From Octopus sinensis (Eukaryota), in NCBI RefSeq assembly GCF_006345805.1, contig NW_021835236.1:1-38008 (forward strand): a DNA stretch of 38,008 nt, read 5' to 3'. The notes under the pieces are model-generated. The model searched no databases, was not told the origin of the DNA, and worked only from the letters and a program-made list of their open reading frames with translations. Shown in pieces: positions 10,722 through 22,306 of the stretch (positions within the stretch are counted from its first letter, which is position 1; every line of letters begins with the position of its first letter). Position numbers and translations under genes: made by a program.

Positions 10722-11182
10722 TGTAGTGACGCTACTGTGGAAGTTTCAGTGCGCGTGCGCAGAGATGGATTACTTCCTGTAGGCCGCCGGAAGTTCCCTC
10801 ATGCGCATGCGCAGGAACAGCAACCTGAAAGCGTCCCCGTTAAATCTGGCCTTTTTGGAAGACCAGCCCTAACGAGCGAACGTGATTAAATCTTCTCTCA
10901 GGGAAAACCCTACGCATAGAGAAGCTCTCTTCGAAGAGGGAACGGAGACCGTATCTTCTTGGCTCACTCGAGTGAAGACTTGTAAACAGTCGTGTGAACT
11001 TGGCTTCCGGTTCGCCCTTAAGAAATATATATGTATATATTTTACCTGTCAACCCGAAGAATAAAGTACTATTTATTGTTATTGAAGACAGCCGGATTTT
11101 GGTTCCTTTTCTTCGACTATTGTATGTGACAAGATAAGACCAGACACCCCTCAAGTGTTCCTGAAACTTTCATCTTGTTACA
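10722..11182 (+). mobile_element. Solo LTR (Gypsy-like), 461 bp
   Basis: TGTA...TACA ends, 4-bp ATAT duplication (10718-10721 and 11183-11186), TATA-like tract at about 11023-11040 and AATAAA at 11060-11065. The TSD is weak evidence because the flanks are (TA)n. Confidence 0.75.
10751..10813 (+). promoter_or_regulatory. NRF1-like and ETS/GABP-like motif cluster in the putative LTR U3
   Basis: GCGCGTGCGC 10751-10760, ACTTCCTG 10772-10779, CCGGAAGT 10787-10794, TGCGCATGCGCA 10802-10813. Confidence 0.45.
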
Positions 11183-11197
11183 ATATATATATATATA

Positions 11198-11500
11198 TAG
11201 TGGCATTTCGTCGGTTACGACGACTAGGGTTCCAGTTGATCCGATCAACAGAATAGCCTGCTCGTGAAATTAACGTGCAACTGGCTGAGTGTAATTCTCG
11301 GGGATATTCAGCATGAGACAGAGTGTGACAGGGTTGGCTCTTTGAAATACAGGTACAAAAGAAATAGGAAGAAAGAGTGAAAGGAAGCTGTGGCGAAAAA
11401 AGTACAGCAGGTTTCACCACTACCCACTGCCGGAGCCTCCTGGATCTTTAGGCGTTTTTGCTCAACAAACACTCACAACGCCCTGTCTAGGAATCGAAAC
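11198..11500 (-). mobile_element. tRNA-derived SINE family C (OR-like), tail type 1, 5'-truncated
   Basis: Body matches 36585-36715 in reverse. The tail ends GTTGATCGGATCAACTGGAACCCTAGTCGTCGTAACCGACGAAATGCCACTA. Confidence 0.85.
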
Positions 11501-11504
11501 TCAC

Positions 11505-12220
11505 GGACTTCCTCGCCTGTTTGCCGCGTCTCTCGGGGCAAGGTGCGGAGTGCTGTGAAGGTCCGGAGGCTCTGGCGGACTGCGGCGGGAACAAGTCGCC
11601 AGGTCTAGATAGTAGTATTCTCTATGAACTGTATTGTAGTATACCAGACTTGTTTGGGCACCTACTGGCTAGCGAATTCACGAAGTGGCAGTAGAATGAG
11701 TTTATTCCCAAATCTGTGAGCCGGGGAGTGGTGACGCTGCTTAGAAAGGACCCAAACAAGGGGAATAGTGTAGACAACTTTAGGTCCATCACTCTTCTAA
11801 ACACACAGATGAATATTTTGGCCAAGGTGTTAGCAAAAAGGCTGACACGTGTCGTGGATGGACTCGTCAAGGAGGCACAAATATTTGCAGTTCCCGGCAG
11901 ATCAATACACGATAATCTCCACCTTCTACGCTGCACTTTAGAGAGGGTTAGCAGGGTTACTGGCAAGGGTATGGCATTGGAACATTTAGACCGGTATAAG
12001 GCGTTCGACAGGGTTGACTATCGATAACTGGTGACGGTTCTCGCGGCTTTCGGTCTTGGTCCCGTCTCCCGCGGCTGGATCATAGCTTTGTATAGTAACA
12101 TCGATCGTTCGGGTGAACGGTTGCCCTTCGAAGCCTTTCAACATCAAGTGTTTTGTTCTTCAAGGATTTCTCCTCTCTCTCCCATTCTGTACTTTTTGGC
12201 TCTTGAGCCTTTGTTGTGGT
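11505..12220 (+). mobile_element. L1/Tx1-clade LINE reverse transcriptase fragment
   Basis: KSPGLD, GVVTLLRKDPNKG, FRSITLLN..KVLAKRL, GRSIHDNL, LDRYKAFDRVD and SPILYFLALEPLL, with stops and frameshifts. Confidence 0.9.
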
Positions 12221-12494
12221 GGAAGATTTACAGAAGATGCCTGGCGGTGATCAACGCTAAGAATGGTCACACGAGATATTGAGTTCATCTCTTTGGATCC
12301 TGGAGACTTCGCCCAGCTTTAGGAACTAACGTTTTATCATTAGGACAGAATGGTTTCTTAATTAGCACTCTTCAATCAATGCTATGGTAGTCTGTTAATA
12401 AACTGGTTCTAATTAGTGTGTGTGCGACGTTTCTTTTGTGGTTCAGTTTATATATACATACATACATATACACATATATATGTGTGTGTGTATG

Positions 12495-12541
<47 letters not shown>

Positions 12542-12737
12542 TATATATATAGATATATATATTATATATATACATATATATAGGAGCCAATGCACAAAAC
12601 TCTCAACACTTAAGTCACTCTGTAACTTCTGCCAATTGTTATTAAAATGATATAAAATATATACTCAGATTTTGAGTTCTACTTTTCTTTTTGCATCACC
12701 AAACCCATAGGTACGTGAGTGTGCGCGCGCGAGCGTG

Positions 12738-12797
<60 letters not shown>

Positions 12798-13242
12798 CAT
12801 TCATTTATATACTTATAAATATATACATACATGTATACTTTTATATACACACACGCAAATGAACATCATAATTTCCCCGTCTGTGTGAAAATACACACTG
12901 CCATCAAGTCCACAGGTGTGACCAATGATAAGGACCGTTAGTGAAGTAGTCATGTGTATTGTTCCTTTTTATTCGCTTGCTTTTTGCTCTTTATATTAAA
13001 GCTGAGAAAACCTGCGCTGAGAGAAAACAATTAATAAACAAATAAATAGATAAAATGTAGATAAATACATAAATACACGAATAAATGAATATAATATTTA
13101 GTAAGTTACAGTGTTTAAGTTGCATATAAGATGGTGGTCACCGTCGGCGGAGAAGCGTTTTAATATAAACTAGTGCTGGTGTAGTTTTCTACATAAGGGA
13201 TAACAATGATTCTGTAGACACATGTTATTGTTATGATACAAA

Positions 13243-13303
13243 AGACGCAGGCATGGCTGAATGACAAAGAAGTTCGATTCCCAATCATGAGTTCGATCCT
13301 CCT
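13243..13303 (+). mobile_element. SINE family A, head remnant
   Basis: GACGCAGGCATGGCTG..AAGAAGTTCGATTCCCAATCA..GAGTTCGATCC. Confidence 0.55.
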
Positions 13304-13319
13304 GTTTTATCATCTAGAG

Positions 13320-13626
13320 CAGTAGTTGTGAATCATATTTTAACTATGGACCCTTTTAATTACTAATTTATTCTGGTGGATCTCCTCACCCCCAATCCCA
13401 TAGCCATTCGATGTTTAAAAACTAATTCTATAGAGACTTCTTTCAAAATTCATATTTTGTTATTCACTCATTCATGTGTATAGAAAGAAACCTAGCTGTT
13501 TCTTGCAATTCATACATTTAAATCAAAACTTTTCATGAATCCCTAATTTACAATTTTGCTAGTGTGGATCCTCAAAAATTTTATATTGATACCAGGGTTC
13601 ATATGGACCCTAGTTGAAAACCACTG
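13320..13626. mobile_element. hAT/Charlie-type MITE, 307 bp
   Basis: Imperfect TIRs CAGTAGTTGTGAA and TTGAAAACCACTG. The 8-bp TSD is ATCTAGAG/ATCTAGGG with a central CTAG. TATGGACCC occurs near both ends. Confidence 0.85.
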
Positions 13627-13820
13627 ATCTAGGGGAAAATACTTTCTAAATTTAGTTTCGAGTGAATCCCAAGTCTTATGGGTGAATTGGAGTAGACAGA
13701 GACCATGTGAAACTCAAACGAGCAGATTGTACATGTTTGTAAACTTGGTGGTGGTGGTGGTGGAGGAGAAGGAGGAGGAGGAGGAGAGGAGAAGATTAGA
13801 TAAGAGAACAATAATGATTT

Positions 13821-14030
13821 CAATTTTGTCACAAGGCCTAAAATTTTAGAAGCGGGGTGGGTATGTTGATTTCTTGCCTCTCCCCCGTACTCAACTAGTA
13901 CTTATTTTATCGATCCCGAAAGGCTAAAAAGCAAAGTCGACCTGGGTAGGATTTGAACTCAGTACATAAAGATGGACGAAACGCCGCTAAGCATTTTATC
14001 CGAAACGTTAACTGTTCTGCCAGCTTGCTG
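13821..14030 (-). mobile_element. SINE family B, copy 4
   Basis: Near full-length match to copies 1-3. Confidence 0.8.
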
Positions 14031-14046
14031 TTTTTAATTGTTTGTA

Positions 14047-14251
14047 ATTCTGTCACAAGGCAAGCAGTTTCGAGTGGGGAACAGAAGACAATTTCATCAA
14101 CCCCAGTATTTGACTAATATTTATATTAACGACCCTGAAAGGGCTGAAAGCAAAGGCATCCTCGGTAGAATTTAAATGCCGTACGCTGTAAGTCGGAAGA
14201 AATTGCACACAGCATTTCTCCTTCGGTCTTACAATTCTGTCAGTTTGTCGC
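14047..14251 (-). mobile_element. SINE family B, copy 5 (tandem with copy 4)
   Basis: More diverged full-length match. Confidence 0.7.
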
Positions 14252-15742
14252 ATTCAACACAATTCAATAACATTACGTTATACTGATGATTTAACACAAG
14301 TGGAGTTTTTGAAGAAACGGAAGCAAAAATAGTGTAAAGGGAATCAAACTTCTAGTAGTCTCTATTTAGTAGTTTATTATCTGTCGCACAGAACGAAACA
14401 GAATGAAATTTTGATGTCTTATACCTAATATGAAGTTAATATTTCCATTCCTATAATAGACTTAGAAAAATAGATTCGTAGTAGAGTTATTGTTGCTGTT
14501 ATTGTTAAGACCCTGTAACAACCCTTATCAGGTTCTAACTATAATGAACGATTATTATTTCAGTTTTAACCACCCAATGTATTTTCAAACATATGATTCA
14601 CATCTACATAAGGCAACATGTCTTCACGCTTTTTTGATCTGAGAGGAGGTGTTATTTTTCTAAATGGAAGGATGCAGTTTGAGTTTGAGGGAGATTTAGC
14701 TGCTATTTCAAGCACGGTAAGTGACAGTGTAGATGATGCTCCACATACTCATGTAGTAAAGTGTAAAATAAAATTGTGTGACAATCATTTTCAAAAGAAT
14801 TAGTGATGCAATCGAAGCAATTAAAAATCGTGAGCTTGTCTTATGAGAAAACATTTTCCTAGGAGTGAAAATAGACCCAAAAGTGATGACTAGTACTTAC
14901 AAGTAGGGACCAGGTTCATTTTTTGCCATGGTATAGTTTATTTTCATATCCCCATATCGATAAAAGTAAAATAAGTTTCAATCAAATATATCGATCGGTT
15001 TGATTGATGATATCTCTCGCCTCAAATGAATGGCATTGTAGAAGAAATCATCAGCAAGAGTTAGATTATTAGTTATTTAGAGAGGGTGATATAGATCCTG
15101 AAAGAGAGAAATTATGAGAAAGAGAGATACTGAGTGAAAGAGGCGGCAGAAATGGAGAAAGGAAAAAAAAAAGACAGAGTAAAGGGAAGGGAGGTAATAA
15201 TGCATCAATATATGATTAAATGATTTTCTAAATAAGCCTACGGGTTCTGAATAATATATCAAAGAATATTAGGTTTATACGATCTATATAAATGGTGGCA
15301 CGTATCCGATAGTTGCACCCTAATCTTATGAGTTATGAATTACTGCATTAATCATCAGAGAGGTTCAATGAGGTTCAATAACTGGATTAAGAATTCAGTA
15401 GATACTTTTGTGTGTTCACGTGCGGATTGTTTGGTTGGCTGGTGGCATCATTAGTTACTTCATTAGCCTTTCAATGCGATTTCTCTTTATTTGCTGCTTC
15501 ATTAGTTTTGGTTAACTTGTTAGGCTTTTTTAACTGTCTTTTTTTTCTCTTATTATTGGTTGATTTAGCTGGTTAATTGGTTGGGTGGTTGGTTGTATGG
15601 CTGCTTGGTTGAATGTGGAATTGAATAGTTTACTAGCAAGCTGATAGTTACATTTGTCAGCTCAAAGTTTCGTTACGGTCCTTCATTAGTTTTCTATTTT
15701 CTTTTACGTAAGATGATCTGTCAGAAACTTGATAAAAGTATA

Positions 15743-16155
15743 GGCGCAGGTGTGGCTGTGTGGTAAGTAGCTTGCTTACCAACCACATGGTTCCGGGTTC
15801 AGTTCCACTGCGTGGCACCTTGGGCAAGTGTCTTCTACTATAGCCTCGGGCCAACCAAAGCTTTGTGAGTGGATTTGGTAGACGGAAACTGAAAGAAGCC
15901 TGTCGTATATATGTAATATGTATATATATGTGCGCGTGTGTGTGTTTGTGTGTCTGTGTTTGTCCCCCCAATATCGCTTGACAACCGATGCTGGTGTGTT
16001 TACGTCCCCGTAACTTAGGTTCGGCAAAAGAGACCGATAGAATAAGTACTAGGCTTACAAAGAATAAGTCCTAGGGTCGATTTGCTCGACTAAAGGCGGT
16101 GCTCCAGCATGCCCGCAGTCAAATGATTAAAACCAGTAAAAGAGTAAAAGAGTAA
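15743..16155 (+). mobile_element. SINE family A, full-length reference copy
   Basis: A box TGGCTGTGTGG, B box GGTTCAGTTCC, CORE-like ACCTTGGGCAAGTGTCTT, internal (TA)n(TG)n and a (TAAAAGAG)n tail. Confidence 0.9.
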
Positions 16156-17878
16156 AGTGTAAAATTTTGACTATATTTGATAAAAGTTTGCTTGTTAATT
16201 GCTTGGATTTTTCTTGAGATGTTCATCGATTTTTTATTTATTTAGATTTTAGATATTTCGATAGATAGGATAATTCACTTTCAATATTTGTCCTTGTCCG
16301 TTAGCAGTAATGAATGTGTATATGTGTGTGTATGTGTGCGCATGCGCGTGTGCATTCAGTGATCATTTAAAGATATATGTAATTTTTGAGCTGAAACACT
16401 TCAGGATAGCTGAAAACTAGTATCATTAGGCTCCCTTTGAGTAAATAAATACGGTGATTTATCCAAACTGATTGTTTCATTTATATTTACATGAAAATCT
16501 AATAAATTACTTGCTTGTTTAACCAGGAGAATGTCAGACTATTTGATGATGTGTCTTTAAATTAGGTTAAGAGAGAAAATGCAGTAGAACATTGGCAGGA
16601 AAATACTCTTTATTTTAATGTTATGGTCAAGAGATATCTTTGGCAAGGCATTAAACTGCACCTGGCAGTGAGGTTCCAGCTAAGGAGTTCATAAGTTTTG
16701 GAGAGTATGGAGTTAATTCTCAGTCACCACTACTTCTTGGTCTGCTCTGGTCAGGTTGGTAGAACATGTCAAGAGTCAAATGATAGGTCAAATAGCAAAT
16801 GATCTTATGGCTAGGAGTTACATGACTTGAAGATCTGGCCTTTTGACAAATGTCACACACACCAACCAATGTGTGAACATGCTGTGATTTCATGTGAATA
16901 AGTTCAGCTGCTTGAAGATTAAATAAGCTCTGTGACTCAAGATCGACAAAGAGTAGGAGTCTACCCGAGTAATCTGTAAATAAACCATCAAAATGCAGCG
17001 TCAAACCAATGCTGCACCTTTTTCCAAAGAAAAGAAAAAAAAGAAAAGGTGATATCCAAACTTCTGGCACGATGGTCCATGATTGCTGAGGCTTGTATGC
17101 ATGGCACATGAAGAGAAAGTCAGGAGATAGTAACAGTTATTGATCGGAACAGTCACTTTTGGGCCCTTTGATACTAGTGGGATTCGTAAAAGTAATGTTT
17201 GGTTTCTTCTCTCGGAAAAAAAATAACTAAGTCGTGGAGAAAATACTAGAGTGCTGATTTTTGTAAGGTCTCAATGCATTTCAGATAGTAGGCAGCGAAT
17301 TTTTGATCAATCATTTAATTTCTTAGTTTTCACATGTCAATTAAAAGAAATTTTCGAACTCATTTTGGACATGATATCATAGTAGAGATGTTAGTTATAT
17401 TCTTTACTCCATCAATCAGATATCCCATTCGTAAGACAACGATATTGAAAAATAACCCAAAGACAACTTTTACATAAAAAACACGTGGGTAAGTTTATGC
17501 AAGAAAACTTGCTATGATAAGCCAATAATGATTTTTAATTATCTGAAATTAAAGCTGCAATAGGAAGGAAATTGATCAGCGTTAATAAAAATTTTTTATT
17601 GCAAGAGCCAAAGGAGAAAACTGCGAAAACTTTCATTGGCCTAAACGTATATTAAATCAAATCACATAAAAAGAGTGTGGCTGATGATTAATAGCTTAAG
17701 TGGAAATTTCAGAGATATTTCAGTCATATTTCAACTCCTCGACGAAGCATACAGAGAACTAAGCTACCTGGTTAACAGAGAGACTAAAATGTATGGTTTG
17801 GGTTTGAAGAAAAATTATTAAGGCAATTTTAAAAAATGACACTGGAATGCATCCGAAAGGTACCTCCTGCATGTAGAG

Positions 17879-18431
17879 GCTCTGATGCAGAACCAGGCAC
17901 TGGCTCTCATGGCTTCTGATCTTAACTGATTGGGGAGTTATCATGTACATGTTTTGTCTTGGTATAAAAAGATGGTCTATAGCAAATATTCTGCTCAATA
18001 CCACAGATTTGCTTGTCAGTTGTTTAACCGTAACCAGCTGAGCATGTCCCTTAGTGGCTGACGATATGTGCATTTCTGATCACGAGCAGAAGTAGTGGAA
18101 GAGCATCATAGCCATGTGTTGAGGGGGATTCTTTGGAGTTTGAATAATTCACCTTTGGAAATATAGGTGTTTCGCTCAGTATCCTTAAATAACCCTTAAT
18201 CAGGGACCTTTTGAGCGGGATGGGCTACCCCACCAGAAGAAGATTCTAACTGGACCCCACCTGCAAGATCATGTGCTGTTTGTCTTGATATGAGATCACC
18301 ATGTCGCGCAAATATGGTTGTGATGCATGTGCCTAGTGTACCCTTATCAGACGGGTAGTCATGATGGGTATACTGGGCTTCGTATATTTTACCCCAGTGT
18401 CACTTTGATGGCATGCACTACTCTCTCATTC
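17879..18431 (+). mobile_element. Retroposon 3' repeat (family D), copy 1, ending in an (AAT)n tail
   Basis: Aligns by eye to 18773-19284 and 22463-22723. All three end at CTCTCTCA(T/C)TC followed by a trinucleotide tail. LINE clade unresolved; 5' extent unknown. Confidence 0.75.
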
Positions 18432-18484
<53 letters not shown>

Positions 18485-18770
18485 TAATAATGATGATGAT
18501 GATGATGATGATGATAAGAAGGAGGAGGAGGAGGAGGAGAAGAAAAAGAAGAAGAAGAAGAAGAAGAAGAAGAAGAAGAAGAAGAAGAAGAAGAAGAAGA
18601 AGAAGAAGAAGAAGAAGAAGAAGAAGAAGAAGAGAAGAAGAAGAAGAGAAGAAGAAGAAGAAGAAGAAGAAGAAGAAGAAGAAGAAGAAGAAGAAGAAGA
18701 AGAAGAAGAAGAAGAAGAAGAAGAAGAAGAAGAAGAAGAAGAAGAAGAAGAAGAAGAAGAAGAAGAAGAA
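18432..18770. repeat. Compound trinucleotide array (AAT)n-(GAT)n-(GAG)n-(AAG)n
   Basis: Direct reading. The AAG block is over 200 bp. Confidence 0.95.
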
Positions 18771-18772
18771 AT

Positions 18773-19284
18773 GCTCTGATGCAGTACCAGGCAGCGGGTC
18801 TCATGAACTTCTGATCTTAACTGGTATAAAAGATGGCCTACAGCAAATATTCTGCTCAATATCACAGATTTGTTTGTCAGTTGTTTGACCTTAACCAGTT
18901 GAGCATGTCCCTTAGTGGCTGACGATATGTGCATCTCTTAGCACGAGCAGAAGTAGTGGGGGAGCATCATAGCCGTGTGTTGAGAAGGATTCTTTGGGGT
19001 TTGAATAATTCACCTCTGGAATCATCGTGTTTCATTCATCATCCCTAAACAACCCTCACTCAGGGACCTTTTGAGCGATATGTACTACTCAACTTGAAAA
19101 CAATCCAAACTGGACTCCATCTGCAAGGTTATGCGTTGTTTATCTTGATATAAGGTCGCGCACATATGGTTGTGATGCATGTGCCTGGTATACCCTTAAC
19201 AGACGGGTAGTTATGATGGGTATATTGGGCTTTGCATATGTGCACCCCAGTGTCACCTTGATGGCATGCATCGCTCTCTCACTC
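18773..19284 (+). mobile_element. Retroposon family D, copy 2
   Basis: Matches copy 1 apart from a ~30 bp internal deletion. The tail is CAA/AAT/GAT. Confidence 0.75.
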
Positions 19285-19344
19285 AACAACAAAAACAACA
19301 ACAACAGCAATAATGATAATAATGATGATGTTGATGATTTTAAA

Positions 19345-19510
19345 TTTTGATGCAAGACCAGCAATTTCGGAGTAAGTTAAGTCGATTGCATCGACTCCAG
19401 TACACAACTGGTCCTCATTTTATCGACCCTGAAAGTATGAAAAGTAAAGTCGACATCGGTGAAATTTGAACTCTGAACGCAAAGATGGACGAACACTATT
19501 AAGCATTTTA
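19345..19510 (-). mobile_element. SINE family B, copy 6
   Basis: AGTCGATTGCATCGACTCCAGTAC..ATCGACCCTGAAAG..GAACTCTGAACG. Confidence 0.8.
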
Positions 19511-20421
19511 TCTTAAGGCTATAAGTTGTGATTAAACTCTCAAGCTACTAACTCAGCAATGAATGATTTTCGTTAATGCACGTCTGTACTAGTCAGCATA
19601 TACGTTATTGTTAATTCATGTTAATACTAGTCAACATCTCACGTCTGGCTCTCCTTTTAAGCTACCTTTTGATTATATAGCTTTTATCTTCCCATAAGCT
19701 AAGACAACACAATAGGTAACGAGCTGTAATCAATTCATACTGTATTCAATGAAACGCTTGTAGTTTCCCATTGATTGTCGTATTACAATTCTGTTCTGTA
19801 TGAAGTATATGGCAAACTCGATTTTGTAGCTTGTTGAGGATGTTTTTATCTCTGGATATTCATGATTAAAAACCAATATCCATAGATTTTTTAGGTCAAC
19901 AGAATGTCAATTGAAGGGCTCTTGGTTCATATCATGTACCCGGTAATTCTCTTGGATGAGAGATTTTTATCAATCACCTGATTGATAACAGCTCCACCAT
20001 TAGGTCCTTCTCGTTCTTAGGATCGGGTCTCTAAGCTAAGGATAACATCCCACTTTTCTTCAAGCTATTTCAGGGTCCCAGAGAAAAGTTCATTAGAGTT
20101 ACCTTTCTACTTCTGATTAAGTCGAGTAAAAATATTTTTAAAAGAATGGTTAAAACAATTCACCTTTAATTCATGTAGGTCGGCCTAAATACATACCCAC
20201 GAGTTTACAAATTAGTAGTCAATAAGATCACAGAAGGACTGTAGAGTGAAATTTTACTCCATAGCGCTCATTTTAAAATTGCATAGGAGTTTGAGAAGGC
20301 AAATGATGAAATGAATAAATAAAGTGTAAGTTTTCACCTGGGCCCTCATAACTTGTAAGATGTTTCTTGATATTAATGAAACAATATGATATACAAACAA
20401 AACATCCTATTAAATAAAATG

Positions 20422-20545
20422 GTTTCTGCTTTAGGTTCAATGCCAGACATTTTGAGGTAGAGGAAGTAGTCGATCCTATCTACCCCATAATTTGATTTGA
20501 ACTTTAATTTAGTCGGCTGCGATAGGATGAAAGGGAAAGTTGAAC
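20422..20545 (-). mobile_element. SINE family B, copy 7 (degenerate)
   Basis: AGTAGTCGATCCTATCTACCCCA..AGGATGAAAGGGAAAGT. Confidence 0.55.
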
Positions 20546-20607
20546 AACTATAGGGGTACGTTCAGCATATTATTACGACTTAGAGCAAGATCTTACTTAT
20601 GTAATAT

Positions 20608-20761
20608 TGTGGGTTCAAATTTTGGCTAAAGTGCTCAAGTGGGGTCAGAAGGACGAGAGGCAAAGTCGACCTCAGAGGCATTTCAACTCAGAAACTAATG
20701 CAGGAAAAATGTCGCTAAACAGTTTGTCTGGCGAGATAACAATTGTGCACGTTCGCGCCTT
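20608..20761 (-). mobile_element. SINE family B, copy 8 (degenerate)
   Basis: GAAGGACGAGAGGCAAAGTCGACCTC..CAACTCAGAA..CGCTAAACA. Confidence 0.6.
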
Positions 20762-21155
20762 TTCCCATATGTAATATAATAAATAGGAAAATAAATAAAA
20801 TAAAAAAGACCATTAAAATGAGTATATTCTCGCAATTAGTAGACGAAACCTTACTTTAGGACTGTTTAAAATTTAAATATAAGAACATACACGATGAATA
20901 GAAAAGTTCGCTTAAACCAAAACTTGGAAAATGAAGATGCTGCTGATTGAAGTCGGATTTTGTCTGTATTAATAACTGATTAGAGCAACAAACAGGTCTT
21001 ATTAGATCTCTTCAGCGAACCATATTTAACATATTGAATTATTAGTATCATCAGTAAATCGAAGTGTTCGTCAGCTCATTCTGTTCTTTCACACACCATA
21101 CTCAACATGAGCTTATATACATTACGTTCGTTTCAGTTAATTTCGAACATAATCT

Positions 21156-21345
21156 TTATCTTTTATCTTTTACCCGTTTCAGCCATTGAACTGCGCCGTT
21201 CAGGGGTACCGCCTTGAAGAGTTTAGTCGATCAAACCGTCCCCAATACTTATATTTTCAGTCGGGTACTTATTCTATCTGTTCCTTTGTCGAATTCTTAA
21301 GTTATGGAGTACGTAAACAAACATAGAAAAACACCACACATACTG
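21156..21345 (-). mobile_element. SINE family A, 3' half
   Basis: TCTTTTATCTTTTACCCGTTTCAGCC..TACCGCCTTGAAG..GGTACTTATTCTATC..GTAAACAAAC. Confidence 0.75.
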
Positions 21346-21349
21346 GAGG

Positions 21350-22046
21350 GTTAACCTTTGAAATGGAGCAAGTGTATCCGTTGTGCCGCATCTGTAATAG
21401 GGTGGATGAAACCATTACCCGTATTACAAACAAATGCCGTAGACTTACACAAAACCGCTACAAGTTATGGCGAAATGATCAGGTAGCGAAAGCGCTACAT
21501 TAGAAGCTGTGCGAAAAGTGGGGGCTAGAGTGAGGCAAGACGTGGTATGAGCACAAATCACAGAGAGTGGCGGAGTTGGAGACAAACAAAATCCTCTGGG
21601 ATTTTCCAATCCAAGCAGTTCAGGTGCTAAAGCATAACAGACCAGACCGAGTAGTGGTTGACAAGATGCATCACGCGTGCTAAATAGCTGATGTTGTATA
21701 CTCCTTTGAACCACGAATATTCAAGAAGGAAGGCGAAAAAAATACATAAGTACAACCCTCTTAAGTACGAAATAGCCCGGCTATGGAAAATGAAGAAGGC
21801 GAACACAGTGCCAATTATCGTTGGGTCCTTGGGAAAAGTATCAGAAGGCATCAAGAGGAATATCAAGGAAATTGAATGCCCAGTAGAACTCTAACAAAAG
21901 TTTGGCCTCTCTGGCACGGCCAGAATTGTCAGATAGCTGAAAAGAATAGATAACATGGTACCATAGGCTACATGTAGCAAGCCCGCTACGCATGCAAGAC
22001 CCCCAAGAATTCCAACAAAACCTGTGATAAAAAAAAGTAATAATAA
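21350..22046 (+). mobile_element. R4/Dong-like RLE LINE, 3' end
   Basis: Reads through stops as LCRICNRVDETI..KC (CCHC knuckle), RNDQVAKALH, WYEHK, KILWDFPIQ, HNRPD, KYNPLKYEIARLW, VPIIVGSLG and GTARIV, with a TAA-type tail. Confidence 0.9.
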
Positions 22047-22048
22047 AC

Positions 22049-22230
22049 ATTTCTGCTGAAAGAACAAGGCCTCAAATTTGGGGGAAGGGATTAAGTCGAT
22101 TACATCAACCCAAGTGCGTAACTGGTACTTATTTAATTGGCCTCGAAAGGATAAAAGGCAAAGTCGACTTCGTGGAATTTTAAATCGTTAGCATGCTCGG
22201 CATGCTAACGATTCTGTCAGCTCGCTACCT
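22049..22230 (-). mobile_element. SINE family B, copy 9
   Basis: Match with an internal deletion; the head CAGCTCGCTACCT is intact. Confidence 0.8.
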
Positions 22231-22232
22231 CA

Positions 22233-22234
22233 AT

Positions 22235-22305
<71 letters not shown>
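22233..22305. repeat. (AAT)n array, the (ATT)n tail of SINE B copy 10
   Basis: Abuts the 3' end of copy 10. Confidence 0.9.

Positions 22306-22306
<1 letters not shown>

Noticed and set aside
12669-12716. Possible 42-nt exon with an AG|GTACGT donor
   Set aside because: The acceptor has no polypyrimidine tract, two of three frames have stops, and there are no partner exons.
14283-14345. CTGATGA..GAAAC on plus
   Set aside because: Stem II is weak and there is no stem I or stem III; consistent with chance.
14490-14790. Segment that resembles an octopus interspersed repeat I recall
   Set aside because: No second copy or structural hallmark in the window, so it rests on memory only.
18327-18934. 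Long low-complexity ORFs on both strands
   Set aside because: They arise from the compound trinucleotide array, which lacks stops in several frames.
19550-20300. Part-open frames on minus (KNILNKLQNRVCHIL)
   Set aside because: Many stops and no diagnostic motif; possibly an old TE but unsupported.
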